From Anthoceros angustus (Eukaryota > Plantae > Anthocerotophyta), in NCBI GenBank assembly GCA_010909165.1, contig MU008215.1:1-64000 (forward strand): a stretch of 64,000 nt of DNA, written 5' to 3'. Shown here one piece after another: positions 50,046 to 61,541 of this stretch. Every line of letters starts with the position of its first letter. The stretch's first letter is position 1. Under the pieces are notes generated by a model. It had not been told where the DNA came from, did no database searches, and saw nothing but the letters and a program-made list of their open reading frames with translations. Both the position numbers and the translations under genes were made by a program.

Positions 50046-50136
50046 GGCAGGGATGATGATGCAATTAGATGTCAAAGGTGGTTTTACCACTTCTGATGAC
50101 AAAACCTTGAGGCATATCCATTCTTACTGACCTGCC
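50046..50136 (+). ncRNA. Box C/D snoRNA 4, target not identified
   Basis: 6-bp terminal stem GGCAGG/CCTGCC, box C ATGATGA at 50053, internal CTGATGA at 50093, D CTGA at 50127. Confidence 0.75.
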
Positions 50137-50877
50137 CTGGTTTCACATCTTTCGATTGTGAGCCTACTGTTAAACTTTTGTGGCCTAGAGATTTTTGTGA
50201 GTGTTGTTCTTGCTTGGCTTCGTGTTGGTCTCTCCGTGTCTGGTCCTGTCACACATTGGGTTCTTCGTGTCTTTTATTTCAGCTGTGGCTGGTTGCCGTG
50301 CTAGTCTGTCTCGAAGCAAGTACGAACCAAGTATAGTACGTCGCGGGAACAGTTCGACAATGGTAATGGATTGAAGAGGTGGGGAAGGCCAAATGATGAG
50401 ACCTTTCCTAGGTCAACCATGATGCGGGCAGATGGCATTGGCCATATCTGAGATCTAGATACTGATGGCCTTCCCAAAGAAAGTCGTCCCTGGATATTTG
50501 CCTACTTACTTTTTGCAGCCGAATCTTAGTTTCGTCGGCGGTTGTTTTCATGAGAGTCCAGGTGTGACAATTGCGTAGGTCTCCAATGCTCATGGGTAAG
50601 GTACCACTGAGAATCCCACATGAAAAGCGTAGGAGTCGGATGCCCAAGGTTATGAGATGTTTAAGATCAGCTTACCTGACGAACCACAGGGCCACCTATG
50701 TTTTTGGTTTTTTAGGTTTCAGTTGCATAGCTCAAGCTGCCGAACACGGCATACCGAACTTCCAAACACGGTCCAAGAACTCTGAATCTCATTTATCAGG
50801 CAGGTTGTGATGCAAGTCGGATGTCATCATCATTGGCGCCTGTCTACACTTTTACTCCATTCTTAATTGGCGCCTGC

Positions 50878-51840
50878 CTACACTTCTACTCCATTCTTAA
50901 TTTTGGGGTTTTCATCCGAAACAACATTTAAATCCATTGCGAATGTTTTTTGCACTTCTACTCCATTCTTAATTTCATCCGAAGTAATATTTTTATCCAT
51001 TGGGAATTCCTCTGCTAATGGGCTGTCTGCCTTGATCTCCTCAACTCTACTATTTTTTTGCATGCTAGGAAGATGTTGAAGTTTGAACAACTTTGTCTTG
51101 ATGAGCTTCTGCGTACAGTGCGTACGGACTTGTAGAGTGCTATTCTTTGCAAAGGAAAATATGTTTGCCAAAATAAATGTCTCCGATCTCAATATTCGAA
51201 TCAGATGCTTTGGTCGCTTCCTCCACTGTCGCAATCCCTCTCTATCACTGTTGTATGGAGCCAATATCTTCTCTGGTAGGTACCTACTCTGTAGGTACCT
51301 ACTGAGGTACCTTCCTTTGAATGCATTGTTATTCTTTGTCACCCACCACTGGACAACTAAGTAAGGTTCATCGCATAGGAAATCCAAGTCTTCGACTTCT
51401 GCAATTCAAAAAGGCTTATTTTGATCGTCTGTCTCACATGGAACTGCAATCATATGGCCTCATTTGATCTCGGACACATCTCCATCAAATCTCGCCAACT
51501 CGATGGCTACGGCACCCGATGGCCTATAATTCCCGAGATACATGTGACGCGGTTCAAGGTTTCACGAAACTGGAGCCGGAATAACAAAGACATCCGGAAC
51601 AACAATGGGATTCAAGTTCCGCTCAGCCTCGTCCCTGCTGTACCACTCCCATGGTCTATGAAGTTCTCTATCGACTCCTCCTCTGATTTTCTCACAACTG
51701 CTGTGATAAGGGTGCAGAAAGGAGTTTCTCCGGTAACCTCTTTTTGCACGGACTTCCGCAAACCCAAATTGCATGCTAAAATCCGCACTAAAAGCGGCCG
51801 TTTTGAAGAGTCGGTCTTGTTTACCGTGCACAAACATATT
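50878..51840 (-). pseudogene. Decayed reading frame of unknown, probably transposon-derived, protein
   Basis: One frame reads NLNPIVVPDVFVIPAPVS*NLEPRHMYLGNYRP..IK*GHMIAVPCETDDQNKPF*IAEVEDLDFLCDEPYLVVQWWVTK... The three stops are TGA, each one transition away from CGA or TGG. Confidence 0.45.
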
Positions 51841-52039
51841 TGATTTTAAACTTTATCAATTAAAGGCCTTCACGAAAGAAAGTCATTCTCTTAATGGTGT
51901 ACAAACATTTAGATTTTTGGGGCTTGTAATTGCGTGTGCACCAACCTTTCATTGCATGTCAATCCTAAGACTATACTCGCCTGAATTTTACAATACTTTG
52001 TTTCTTAGACATTGGGACAATAATATCTTCATTAACTGA

Positions 52040-55000
52040 TGCTCTTGATGCGTGCGGTGCAAGAATGAGAGTGGTATGGTCTACACTTGGGTAGGCCAAG
52101 CGTCTCAAGATTCAAAAGATGCAAAAAGTTCTCACTACTAGTTCAAAGTTTTACCACTAGAATAAAGATTAGGGCTAAGTAAAGATAAGAACATATCCAT
52201 AGGGAGGTGCACAAAAGGTTGAAAGCCAAAAGGAACCCTTCAAAAGAACAAAAATATAAAATATAGCAAAAATGCAAAAAAAACAAAATTTTAGGCAAGT
52301 GCGCGCATTTGCCTCAAAACTGGACTTTTGGGAATTTTTGGGATTTTCAGATTTTGCTCTTTTTCTTTGGTGAACTGTCGGAGTGCTATGAGGCATGAAC
52401 CATGCAGGTTCATACTCCTAGGCCCTTCTTGACCTTGGTGGACAAGTGCGCACTGGGCCTCCTTGCACCATGGTGCGCGCACCGCGCCCGCGCCCCATAC
52501 TGACGGGATCGCGGCCCACGACCCCAACGCGTCAAGACACAAGGACTAAGTTACGCACGCAAAGAATGTGAACTTGATGTATGCTTGCTTTTATAAACTA
52601 CATTTTGTTAGGCATTTTCATTAACCAAGGACATGGGAACATGTCCTTTATTTTGATTGGCCCATTGTCCAAGGATTCATTTCCTTTAAATATTAGTTAC
52701 GGAAATAGATCCGTTTTGAGCGGATAACTAGGTAGGCTAGAAAAGCCACTTAGTTTAGGTCGAAACAACGGGGGTACAAACCCAAATAAGGCACGATCAG
52801 CGTGGAAGGAGGCGGCACCAAGCGTGAGGGCTGCTTCCGCATCATGACGAGAACATCAGCTGGAAATCGAGTTGGGCGGAGCGTGAGGATGATAGCGGAC
52901 ACCGGCGTGAAGATGGGGAGGAGGGCGTCTATCTCCTTTGGTCTTCGAAATTGCGCCTCAAGAGCGCTGCTACTAGGAACATGGATATTGTGTGATTTTC
53001 TAGCCATCTGGGCATCAAACCTTGCAGATCTGGGCGTTTTTGCTCACCACGTGGCTCCCTTTGCAGCGCTGAGGCATGATTTACGAACCTCCAGCCAGCG
53101 CAAATTGTGCTGGCCCAGGAAACATCGAGATTTATATTGGTTGCGCAAGAGATCGCTTCATTTCGAAGACCAAATCTTCAAGGGCGCTTCTCCAAGATGG
53201 AGCGGTGGCATTTGAGGCGCCTCCTCTAGCCGGGGCGATGCCATCTTGGAGCCTAGAGCACAATCAGGCGATTCCGGTACGTGTGGCTAATCGAGCTCTA
53301 TGGGCATTCTGATTCAGCTAGGATTTGAGGTCTTCTAAGCATTCCTTCACCTCTGCTAGCTTCTTACGGTGATGGCGTGTTGGAGGAGGCCAAATCCGGG
53401 CCTAATCATGGGCTTTCCCAAATACAAATTGGGAATTCAAGATCTAGCAGCGCTTCTCATTCCTCTTTGTTCTTTGCGATGTGAGCTTGTGGGAGAGGGA
53501 GGACAGATCTTGCCATTCAAGATTTCCATCTCATGCGGGCTACAGCATGGTCTGATACTTTGGATTCCTAGATCAAGAGCAGGTGGATTGTAGCTTTGCC
53601 AACATTTCTGATTTTGGGAATTTTGGGGATTTTGGGATTTGCTGAGGCAGCGGCCCTTGCACTTTTGCTGGTTTCTTATAGTGACAGCGTGCTAGAAAGG
53701 AGGATAGATCCCACCATCAAGTTGCAGCTCGGTAGTCGAAAGTGGGAGGAGGATCCGTTTATTTGACACGTTTCAATTTCAAATCTGTGAGCGCTGTTTG
53801 TCGTTGCTAACCCTTAGAGGCGTGGGAGCTGACCCCAGACAATCCTATTACAGGAACTGTACAATCCCATTCCAGTGATTGTGGGGGCTGTCCCATACTT
53901 GGGACTGTCCCAGATTTAGCTTACACAATCCCAATCTAGGGCGAGGTCTCACGGTTTTTGATCCCCATCACGGACGCCTGATACAAGCATAGGGACAGGC
54001 CAGTGCTTTGCCAACATTTCTGATTTTGGGAGATTTATGAACCATTCAAGTCTTGTGAATTTCGAGGCAAGCTAGCTATTATAGCTACGGGAAGCCTTTG
54101 GTGGTGTGTTCTTGGCGCTAAGAGTGTGTTGGTGACCCAGCTAGCCCCATTTCAAAATTGGAAGGTCCCACTTCGGGTGGCCCCGACTATTGGGGATCCT
54201 TATACTGCTAGGGATAACTGGAAAGTCTCATTGCAAAAGGCATCTGATTTAGGCGCCTTATAACGCCATCTCCTTGGTCGCTTTTGTTCTTCTCCACCTG
54301 TCAAGGGGGCGCTGTCTCTTGTCTTGACGACAGCTCTCACCTCCAACTCCTCTAGCTATTGCAAAGCCTACTTCACCAGTGGAGTATCAATTAGCTGACA
54401 AATGATCTGTAAATCCTTCAAGGCTTTAGTTTTCTCATTCCCCTTTTGGGGTAGGTTCAGACTGCCTTTTTCCCATTGGGCAGTCTCTCCGCTCCTGACT
54501 GATGATGTTGGGTGGGATTCCTGCGACTCTATTATCTCCTGGGTGGGTTAGCTCCTTCATCCTGCTCCATGGGGGTTGCCTCCTATACACTTGGTGGCAC
54601 TGCCACCTCTTCCACTTGTGCCGCTGTCTCCTCTTGGGCGAGAGGCACCTCTCCTTCCTTGGCGTCAGACGCCTACGTGGTCGCATCATCCAAGACCACT
54701 ATCTGAGGTGAAGCACTCCCTTGCTCCACCTTGGGTTCCTCCTCCGCCTTCTTAACCTTCTTTTAGCGAGGGACCCCTGTACCATTCCAAAGAGGGACCA
54801 CTTCAAATGGCTGGTAAGACTCCTCCAGCTCCTCCTTTGTAAGTACTTCATGTGCCACTCACAAATGCACCAGGTAAGTGCTCAAATGACTGTGCCTTGC
54901 TCCTTCATTGTCCACTATGTTGACCTCGTGACTTGTCTCGGCGATGCTCATAGGCGATCGACATGTCCCCCCAGTGAGCTCCTTGCTTCAATTTCCACAT

Positions 55001-56600
55001 AAAATGAAAGAACGTAATGTAAGTGTGGTTGTGAGAAAGTCAGCCCCAGCACTATCCTTGTGAAAAGCTTCCATTTGAAACGCAATCTTATACGCCCTCC
55101 GGTATGCAGCGTCTTCGCATCCACCCCTCCGATAAGCATGTTGAGAGCTTCCTCAGGAAGATAAGCCACTACTGCCCTCTTGGCTTCTTCATTTCTCTCG
55201 GTGGGAGCCACACCCTCACTCTCACTTTCTAGCCTCCCATACACCTTGCGGATGTGCTGGACAGTCCATCCCTTTGGATCTGTCCGGACATCTCTTTCGT
55301 CCATCTTCTCCGTTTCTTCTTCTGTGAGCTAGAGCTGCCTGTAACAAGCCTCCATCAATTCCACGTTAGAGTATGCCCAATGCCTGTCGTAGGCCCACTG
55401 CAGCTGCACGTTGTCATTCGAAGCCCACTGCCGAAAATCCCACGAGTCTCTCGGAGAGACTTGCACACTGAAACACAAAAACCCTGGCCCCTCCTTGTCG
55501 GCCTGCTCTTTTTCGGCCTTCTCCTTCGCAGGTTTCTCCTTCTTCTTCTCTGTCGCCGATGGGGCCATCGTCTCCTTGCTGCTGGAAGGCTTACCCACAC
55601 CTCCTGGGCTGTTGCGCGTCTACATCTCCACTTTTCCTCCTGTTGGATAGTTCGGTCATTTGCGCGCTGAGGTGCCACCGCCATCCCTTGGCGATTTGCA
55701 AAGGAATCTAGCACAATGATCCAGCTGACCCCGTAGCCATTCCTTGGAAGAGAGAGGCACCCCAGGGAGGACAATACTGATGTTTTTCTGGAATATGACA
55801 GTATGGTGATTCCTTGGCCTTCGGACAGATAGTTGTTTTGTCCTTGGGCCTTTGGGGTTTTGAAATTGTCCGCAACAGTATATAAGGAGGGAGCTCGACA
55901 GTGATCAGACATTCGGACTAATAGGAGGGATTGAGAGGAGGAGCGACTGGAGCGCTCTGTGGAGAAGGAGTCATCGGAGCACTCGGCTGTGACTTGGAGG
56001 AACCCTCCCGCGTGTCCTTCAGTCGGAGTAGATGTTTACTCCCGTTGCATGCGGAGAGTGACGGGCTGACGTGGCCGGGGAGTAATCTGGTGCCGCCACT
56101 TCCAGGCCTGGTACCGATCCTTGGCACTACAGGTTTGGGATTTAGCGAATGTGCCTCCCTTACGCGTAAGTCCTCTGACCCTCCTCACCGTTCCTCCTTT
56201 TGGACTAGCCGTTGGACCCTTCCTCAGGTCCGGCTCCTCTCCATGCCGTCCATCCCGTCGGGGGACGGACGACCTGTCCTCCCGCATCTTTGCCAAGTCA
56301 TCTTCTCGTTACTACCTTCTCGTCAGCAATCTTCTCGGTAAGAAAAAGAAAAAAAGAAAAAAGAAACCTAACTAATATGAACAAAACTATGAGGCATCCA
56401 TCTCTTCTCTGACCGTGGACCCAAAATTCGGTGTTCCACACTATGGCTAAGAGGGCCAGAACTATCTTGCTGGGGGATGGATGGTGATAAAGGGTGTGTG
56501 GTGGGGAAGATAAGGGTAAGGTCCCCCCTAGGGTTTTGAAGAACTTGACATCTGGCTCTCTTATGATCATAGTTGATGCCTTGGAGGATTGCTTGTAGCT
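52040..56600 (-). mobile_element. Old LTR-like remnant (family C) carrying a homologue of the LTR gene; boundaries uncertain
   Basis: Minus strand ends ..GCACGCATCA at ~52046 after a T-rich U5-like tract. TATAAAAAG at ~52590; AAACCCTAG at 56528-56536; degenerate ORF 54100-55650. Confidence 0.4.
54100..55650 (-). pseudogene. Family C copy of the LTR-gene protein, with in-frame stops
   Basis: ORFs 55329-55598 and 54948-55304 join across one TAG. Downstream reads HWG..SHLSTYLVHL*VAHEVLTKEELEE, then an E/K-rich tract and a coiled-coil-like segment, in the same order as IDW..FTPFLVHLYAHANC in A and B. Confidence 0.5.
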
Positions 56601-57800
56601 AAGACTATTGTTAGCTAGGAGCCTTAAAGAGGAAGCTATGATCGTTGCAAGTGGATGAGGTAGATAAGGATTATTTAAAGGGCTGCTGACGGCTGGGGTA
56701 GGTTCCCAAGGAAAGTATTAATGAGGCCTTTTTGAAAGATCAAGAGATATTAGATTGTGTAGCTGGCAGGCGTTAAGGAGAGGGAGGCTGGCCTAAGAGA
56801 GGTCGTATGCGTATGTCCTATATAGGAGGACAAGTTTAAGAAGTAAAGTATCACGTCTTGCACTTCCAAACTCGCGAGTCCTTTGCTCCTTGTGAAGGAA
56901 TTTGGTGCCGGCTGCAAGCTAACGTAGTGTCTGGTAGAGAGGAAGTCTGCGGTGGTCGGAGTGCTTGGCAAAGGACTCGCTCCCTGCGGGCGCCTTGATG
57001 GGTTGCTCCCCTTGTGTATGGTTGTTGTGAAATTGCTTTGCTTTGGGTGTGTGGCGATGCCGAATGAACTCTCGGCTTGAGGGTAGACTACAGGGAGAGA
57101 CTCTTTGGAGGTTCTTGCTATCTCGTCTCAAACTCATAGCAACCGGCCCAAGGAAGAACTTGTTGGCTTGTAGGTGGACCCCAATGTTGTCTTAAGTAAG
57201 GGCGATGAGCTTGAAGTGAGGTTAGAGTAGGAGGATGATGAGTTGAGTCAAGTTGCGCGTTGAGGATGAGGAGGAGTGGAATGTTGAGTAGAGGATTAGA
57301 GTGTAGGAAATAGCGGAAGGCCCAAGGAGGAGCCTACGAGATGAATCCCAAAGCAGTGCAAGGGTGCAGCTGTTGTAGAGGGGAAGTTAGAGGGCGCCTT
57401 GCTTGTTGAGGGGGCTGATGTCGTGAGTGGGTGTAGGCAACGATTGATCTCTCAAAATCCGACGGTCCACACAAGTCTCATGGGATGAAATCCAACATGC
57501 TAAGCGACAGTGCGATAAGTGTGGCCACTAGAGGGTGAATATCGGAAGCCCCGGGATTTTCCTCCCACAGTGGGCACGCCAGGTTGTAGTTGGAGCATGA
57601 GGGCATGGAAGTTGGAGAGGCCTTAAATTGGGGCGAGATAGCCTATGCTCTGCCGCTAGGTGTGACCCTACCAATGGTAGGATGCGCCCCTATGTGCGTT
57701 GGGGTAGGGTGTCTTCTCCCCATGTAGGAGTGAGGGTGGCTGGCCCACCAGTGCGCTAGATCTCCTACAACTCTCCTACAAGTGGTAGGAGGGGTAGGAC

Positions 57801-60800
57801 TGTGGAATGGGTTTTTGCATCTGAAGACGCAAAGAGGCCACATTTACCCTCTATGTCGTTATAGTCCTAGGATTCGATCCCAAGGGAATGGTGTTGTGTC
57901 AAGGTGTGCTAAATCTATGGATTCTAGACCCCCGTCGCTCGCTACCCACCTTCTCCCCTACCACCCAAACCCACCAAGTGGTAGACTCGGCCACCGGTGG
58001 CCGGTTCGGCCACCAGCGGGCCCCACCCGCCGCCCGTCGGAGTCTATTCACACCGACTTCTCTAACACGGACCTAGGGGCTATCGGACACCTATATCGCC
58101 TCACCTTACTTGAGAATTTGCGATCCTACCACACGCTTCCACTCCCCTCCGATTTTCCCTCACACTCTCACAATCCCTCGGCACAACTACCTCAGGAACC
58201 TTTCCCTTCCCAATGAACTCTCCCTCGTCTCACGGGCCACAGACCCCTTTTCCCTTGGGCCACCACAGACCCTCCTTGGGCCACACAGACCCTCTCATGG
58301 AATGAACACACCTGGTGGCAGCAGTTGGAAAAGAGGATCAGGAAGAAAACCCGGTCGGTGCTTGGGCGATTCGCCTTCGGCAATTCCGCCTCGGCCGTCC
58401 GCGGCACTCCTACCTCTTTTCGGCTGGCCACCTTCCGTTACCCAGTGGAGCTTGGCCACTCCGCTCTCGACCATCCGAGATCTTCCGGCCTTCTTGTGAC
58501 GAGGCGGTCGCCCGAACCGTTTGATCTTGACGGGCGTCTCCAATCAACCCCACTCGGCGGTTCGATACACGGAAGTTCACACACGAAATCGTCCTTGAGA
58601 GACACCCAGGGTCTCTTATACATCGTGTGGTCCAACACGGCTCACTTCTCTTTAGTGTCTAAAATTGTAGCTCCTACCACGGCGCCTTACCAATCTAAGC
58701 AACAACTCTACGGTGATGGAACTCCCTATCCTCTCGCTGAAAAGGAAACCCGGTCCTAGGCTATCGCGACTCTCCTAAAATCAGCTGCCGCCTCGCGATT
58801 CTTGCCTCGCCCTCGGCCCATGGGGACCCCTCTCGCTCTTGCCTCGCCTCGATCCGGCGATTTTCCCCACAACCTCCACCTCGCTCTCCCTGAATTTCCC
58901 TCGCGCCTTCCAGCGGGCGTTGCGCCTGTGACCTCTATGTCCATTGTCCGCTCCTCCTCATTTGGACAACCATCAGTGTGCTCCTCCCTCCATGCTCGCT
59001 GCGCCTCGCTCATCTCTTCCGGCACTTGCGGAGGATGGCGCCCGCTCCTACTCGAAGGAACCAGCAGTAGCGCTGTGGCGGTCAAGATGTCTGACCCGGT
59101 GGTTTACGCCCCTCTGTCCCAACAACCACATACACGTTTAGAGTGAGCACCGCTCACCATGCGAGCGGGGACATGAGCATCCTCATCCGGACGCCGTAGC
59201 ACTGTCGCCCTTCGATCTGAGGTCCTTACCCTCTCCTCCGTGGACAATCACAGGCGGCTGTTGATTCTCCGGGATCATCCTCCATCTGCGACACTCCGTC
59301 GGTGACTTCCCCACCTCGGTTCCCGTTCCACGGTGGCTGGTTTAGCCACCGTGGTGGTTCTTCCACGGTGGTTGTTTGCTCCTGCGGTGGGCATTGCTCG
59401 GCCTTCTTGGTTTGGCCACCTCTCTCTTGACTCGGCCCTAACCCGTCTCTTCCGCTTGTACCTCTCCGATTCTTGAATTTCTCCAAGGCGCCATCGCTTC
59501 CACACCTCTGGACTCGCGAGACCTCATCTTGAAGCTCTTCAATTGTAGCATCGCCCCTTGACTGATTTACTAAAGCTTCTGAGTGGACATGTGCCTTAAG
59601 CTCCATGCCTTGCATAAGGCCGCCACTCCGTCTGCGCTCCTCGGCCGCCTTGCTCGCCTTCGGGCTCTCCAACTTCTCCTTGAGCAACTTCTCCGTTGGC
59701 CTTGCACACTCGGCCAAGTGAGAGCCATGGGCTTGATCGAGGAGATCCGCTGCGTCGTGCCATGGCCAAGTCAAACCACCAAATCCCCAAATTGGGCTGT
59801 CCCTTGCCCATCCGCCTCCACAACAATTCGTGTCGGCGGTGTCTCCTATCCCCACCTCGGCCGGACGGTTCGGTGAAATGTCGCCAAAATGTCCGGAGCT
59901 CGTTGCGGTCTCGGCTGAAGTTAACCCCTCCTCTCCTAGGGGTTGATGCCTTGCCTCTTCCCGCTTCATTCTCCCCTAGCGGCGATTCATCCCCCACGGA
60001 GGGAGCAACTTGCCATTTCCCTTTACTTTTCCTCCTTTACCGTTCCTGCGTCTTGACTGGTGACCACAGGTGTGGCTGTGGGTTCCTCCTCTGCTGTGCT
60101 GCCCTCCCTTCTTCGATCCCGTTCGGGTTGCCTTCGCTTCTTACCCTTGGAAACTTCCCTCCTCTTAGAACCTTCGAGCGCACTCCCAAGCTGGAATCCT
60201 TGCCCGAATCCTCCTTCAATTCCTCCTCTTCTACCTTGAGTTCCTGGCCGGCTTCCAACCATGCGGGACCACGACTTCAACTCCGTTAAACACCGGAATG
60301 CGCAAATACATGAATCGGAAAAGGCGAAATCAAGGAGGGCCGAGGGAAGAAGAGTAAATTCGCCTTCTCCTCACAGGCTCTTTCGAAAATCATCCTCCCC
60401 AATCAATTTGTGTACCCTTGACCACCTCGTGAAGAAAAACCAAGAAGTGATCCGCCATATGATCCGACTTCGGTTACGTAAGGAAACAAAATCCATTTGG
60501 CCAATCCCCACCGGTGCGAACACGAGTTGGCGAGTCACCCGACCATTGTTCACTCTCACTTCCCGAGGCTTCATGCGGCGCTGCAGCTTTCAAGGTCTTC
60601 TTTTTGGGGTCAATCACCAAGCTCCCATCCTCGATGCTTCGCCCATTTTGCTCGAAAGAGGGCCAATCCGATCTGCGGCCTTTTCCTCGCGTCACCCTCT
60701 TGCGACTTGGTCCTTAATTGCGGGCGCACTCTTGCACCAATGCACGGTACATCGTAGCACCATTTCTTCTCCATGAACTTGACAGCTCCCGCACTGGCTC

Positions 60801-61507
60801 TCACTTTCCGATGGTCCATGTTGGGCCCTGCGTGGATTTGACGCGGCTCGGGCGCCATCTCCTTCTCGTTGTCTCCCAAAACAAAACCTCGACTACCCTG
60901 CGGATCACGGTCGGAAGAGAAAAAAAATCGAGCCGCCCTCGCGCTCCTTCCACGCCTCCTCGCGAACTTGCGGTGATTTCTCTCCTCGCCCGCGCTCTGC
61001 CTCGATCGTGGCGCCTTTTCCTCCTGCAGGCGAGGCGGTGATTTGGCTGGCGTCGTATGCCGCGCCCCTCTTCTGACTCGCTCGCCCCTCACGGAAAGTC
61101 GCGACCTCGAGTCTTGGGTGTGCCCTTCTCCCGATTGCGCTCCGGTGGTGGTAGTCCCGCTCCGCCACTAGGGTTGTAAATTCCCCACAGTGCATGCGTC
61201 CGTTTCTCGGCCACCGTGGTGGAACTAGCCACCACCCACTTGACTACACAAGCGGCATATTGTGAGCATCCCTAGCATATATAGACACCTTTTATTCTAA
61301 AATTCCCAATACCCAAGGACTCTATTTCTACCCCCCTCGGGGTCAAACCTAAGGGTCGAAAAATTATTATTATCTCCAAGGGCCAAGGACCATTCCGTAT
61401 AAAAGACTCGACGATTCTCAAAGCACTGCTATTCTAACACACCCAAAACAAAAAAATCGTTCACCACGACACTTGAGGCGGGGTTAGTTCACATGTGGTC
61501 TTCCACA
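57801..61507 (-). repeat. Family B 3' LTR (3707 bp) with 7-bp terminal inverted repeats TGTGGAA..TTCCACA
   Basis: Starts after PPT GAGAAGGGAG-TA (61519-61508). TCTATATATG at 61285-61276, AACCCTAG at 61175-61168, TATAAGAG at ~58620. Confidence 0.9.
58790..61100 (-). CDS. LTR(U3)-embedded gene of family B (frameshifted)
   Basis: DHMADHFLVFLHEVVKGTQIDWG..IFERACEEKAN..SALLDFA(P)F.IHVFAHSG, DLLDQAH, HSEALVNQ, RPDEDAHVL. Coordinates approximate. Confidence 0.7.
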
Positions 61508-61541
61508 TACTCCCTTCTCATTTGTTGGCGTCCTCGCCAAC

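Noticed and set aside
50830-50900. TTGGCGCC motifs resembling a PBS
   Set aside because: They belong to a short local tandem repeat with no adjacent LTR end.
52041-54337. Apparent 2.3-kb solo LTR TG..CA flanked by a GCTCT direct repeat
   Set aside because: The minus-strand family C reading frame runs smoothly across 54332, and a CA plus 5-mer match is likely by chance over several kb.
56400-57600. Coding-looking segment including VEDEEEWNVE (chromodomain-like)
   Set aside because: No frame could be extended convincingly and neither strand nor family could be assigned.
831-60110. Large inverted repeat (831-3041 vs 57801-60110) suggesting a giant TIR element
   Set aside because: These are two independent family B LTR copies in opposite orientation with different flanks.
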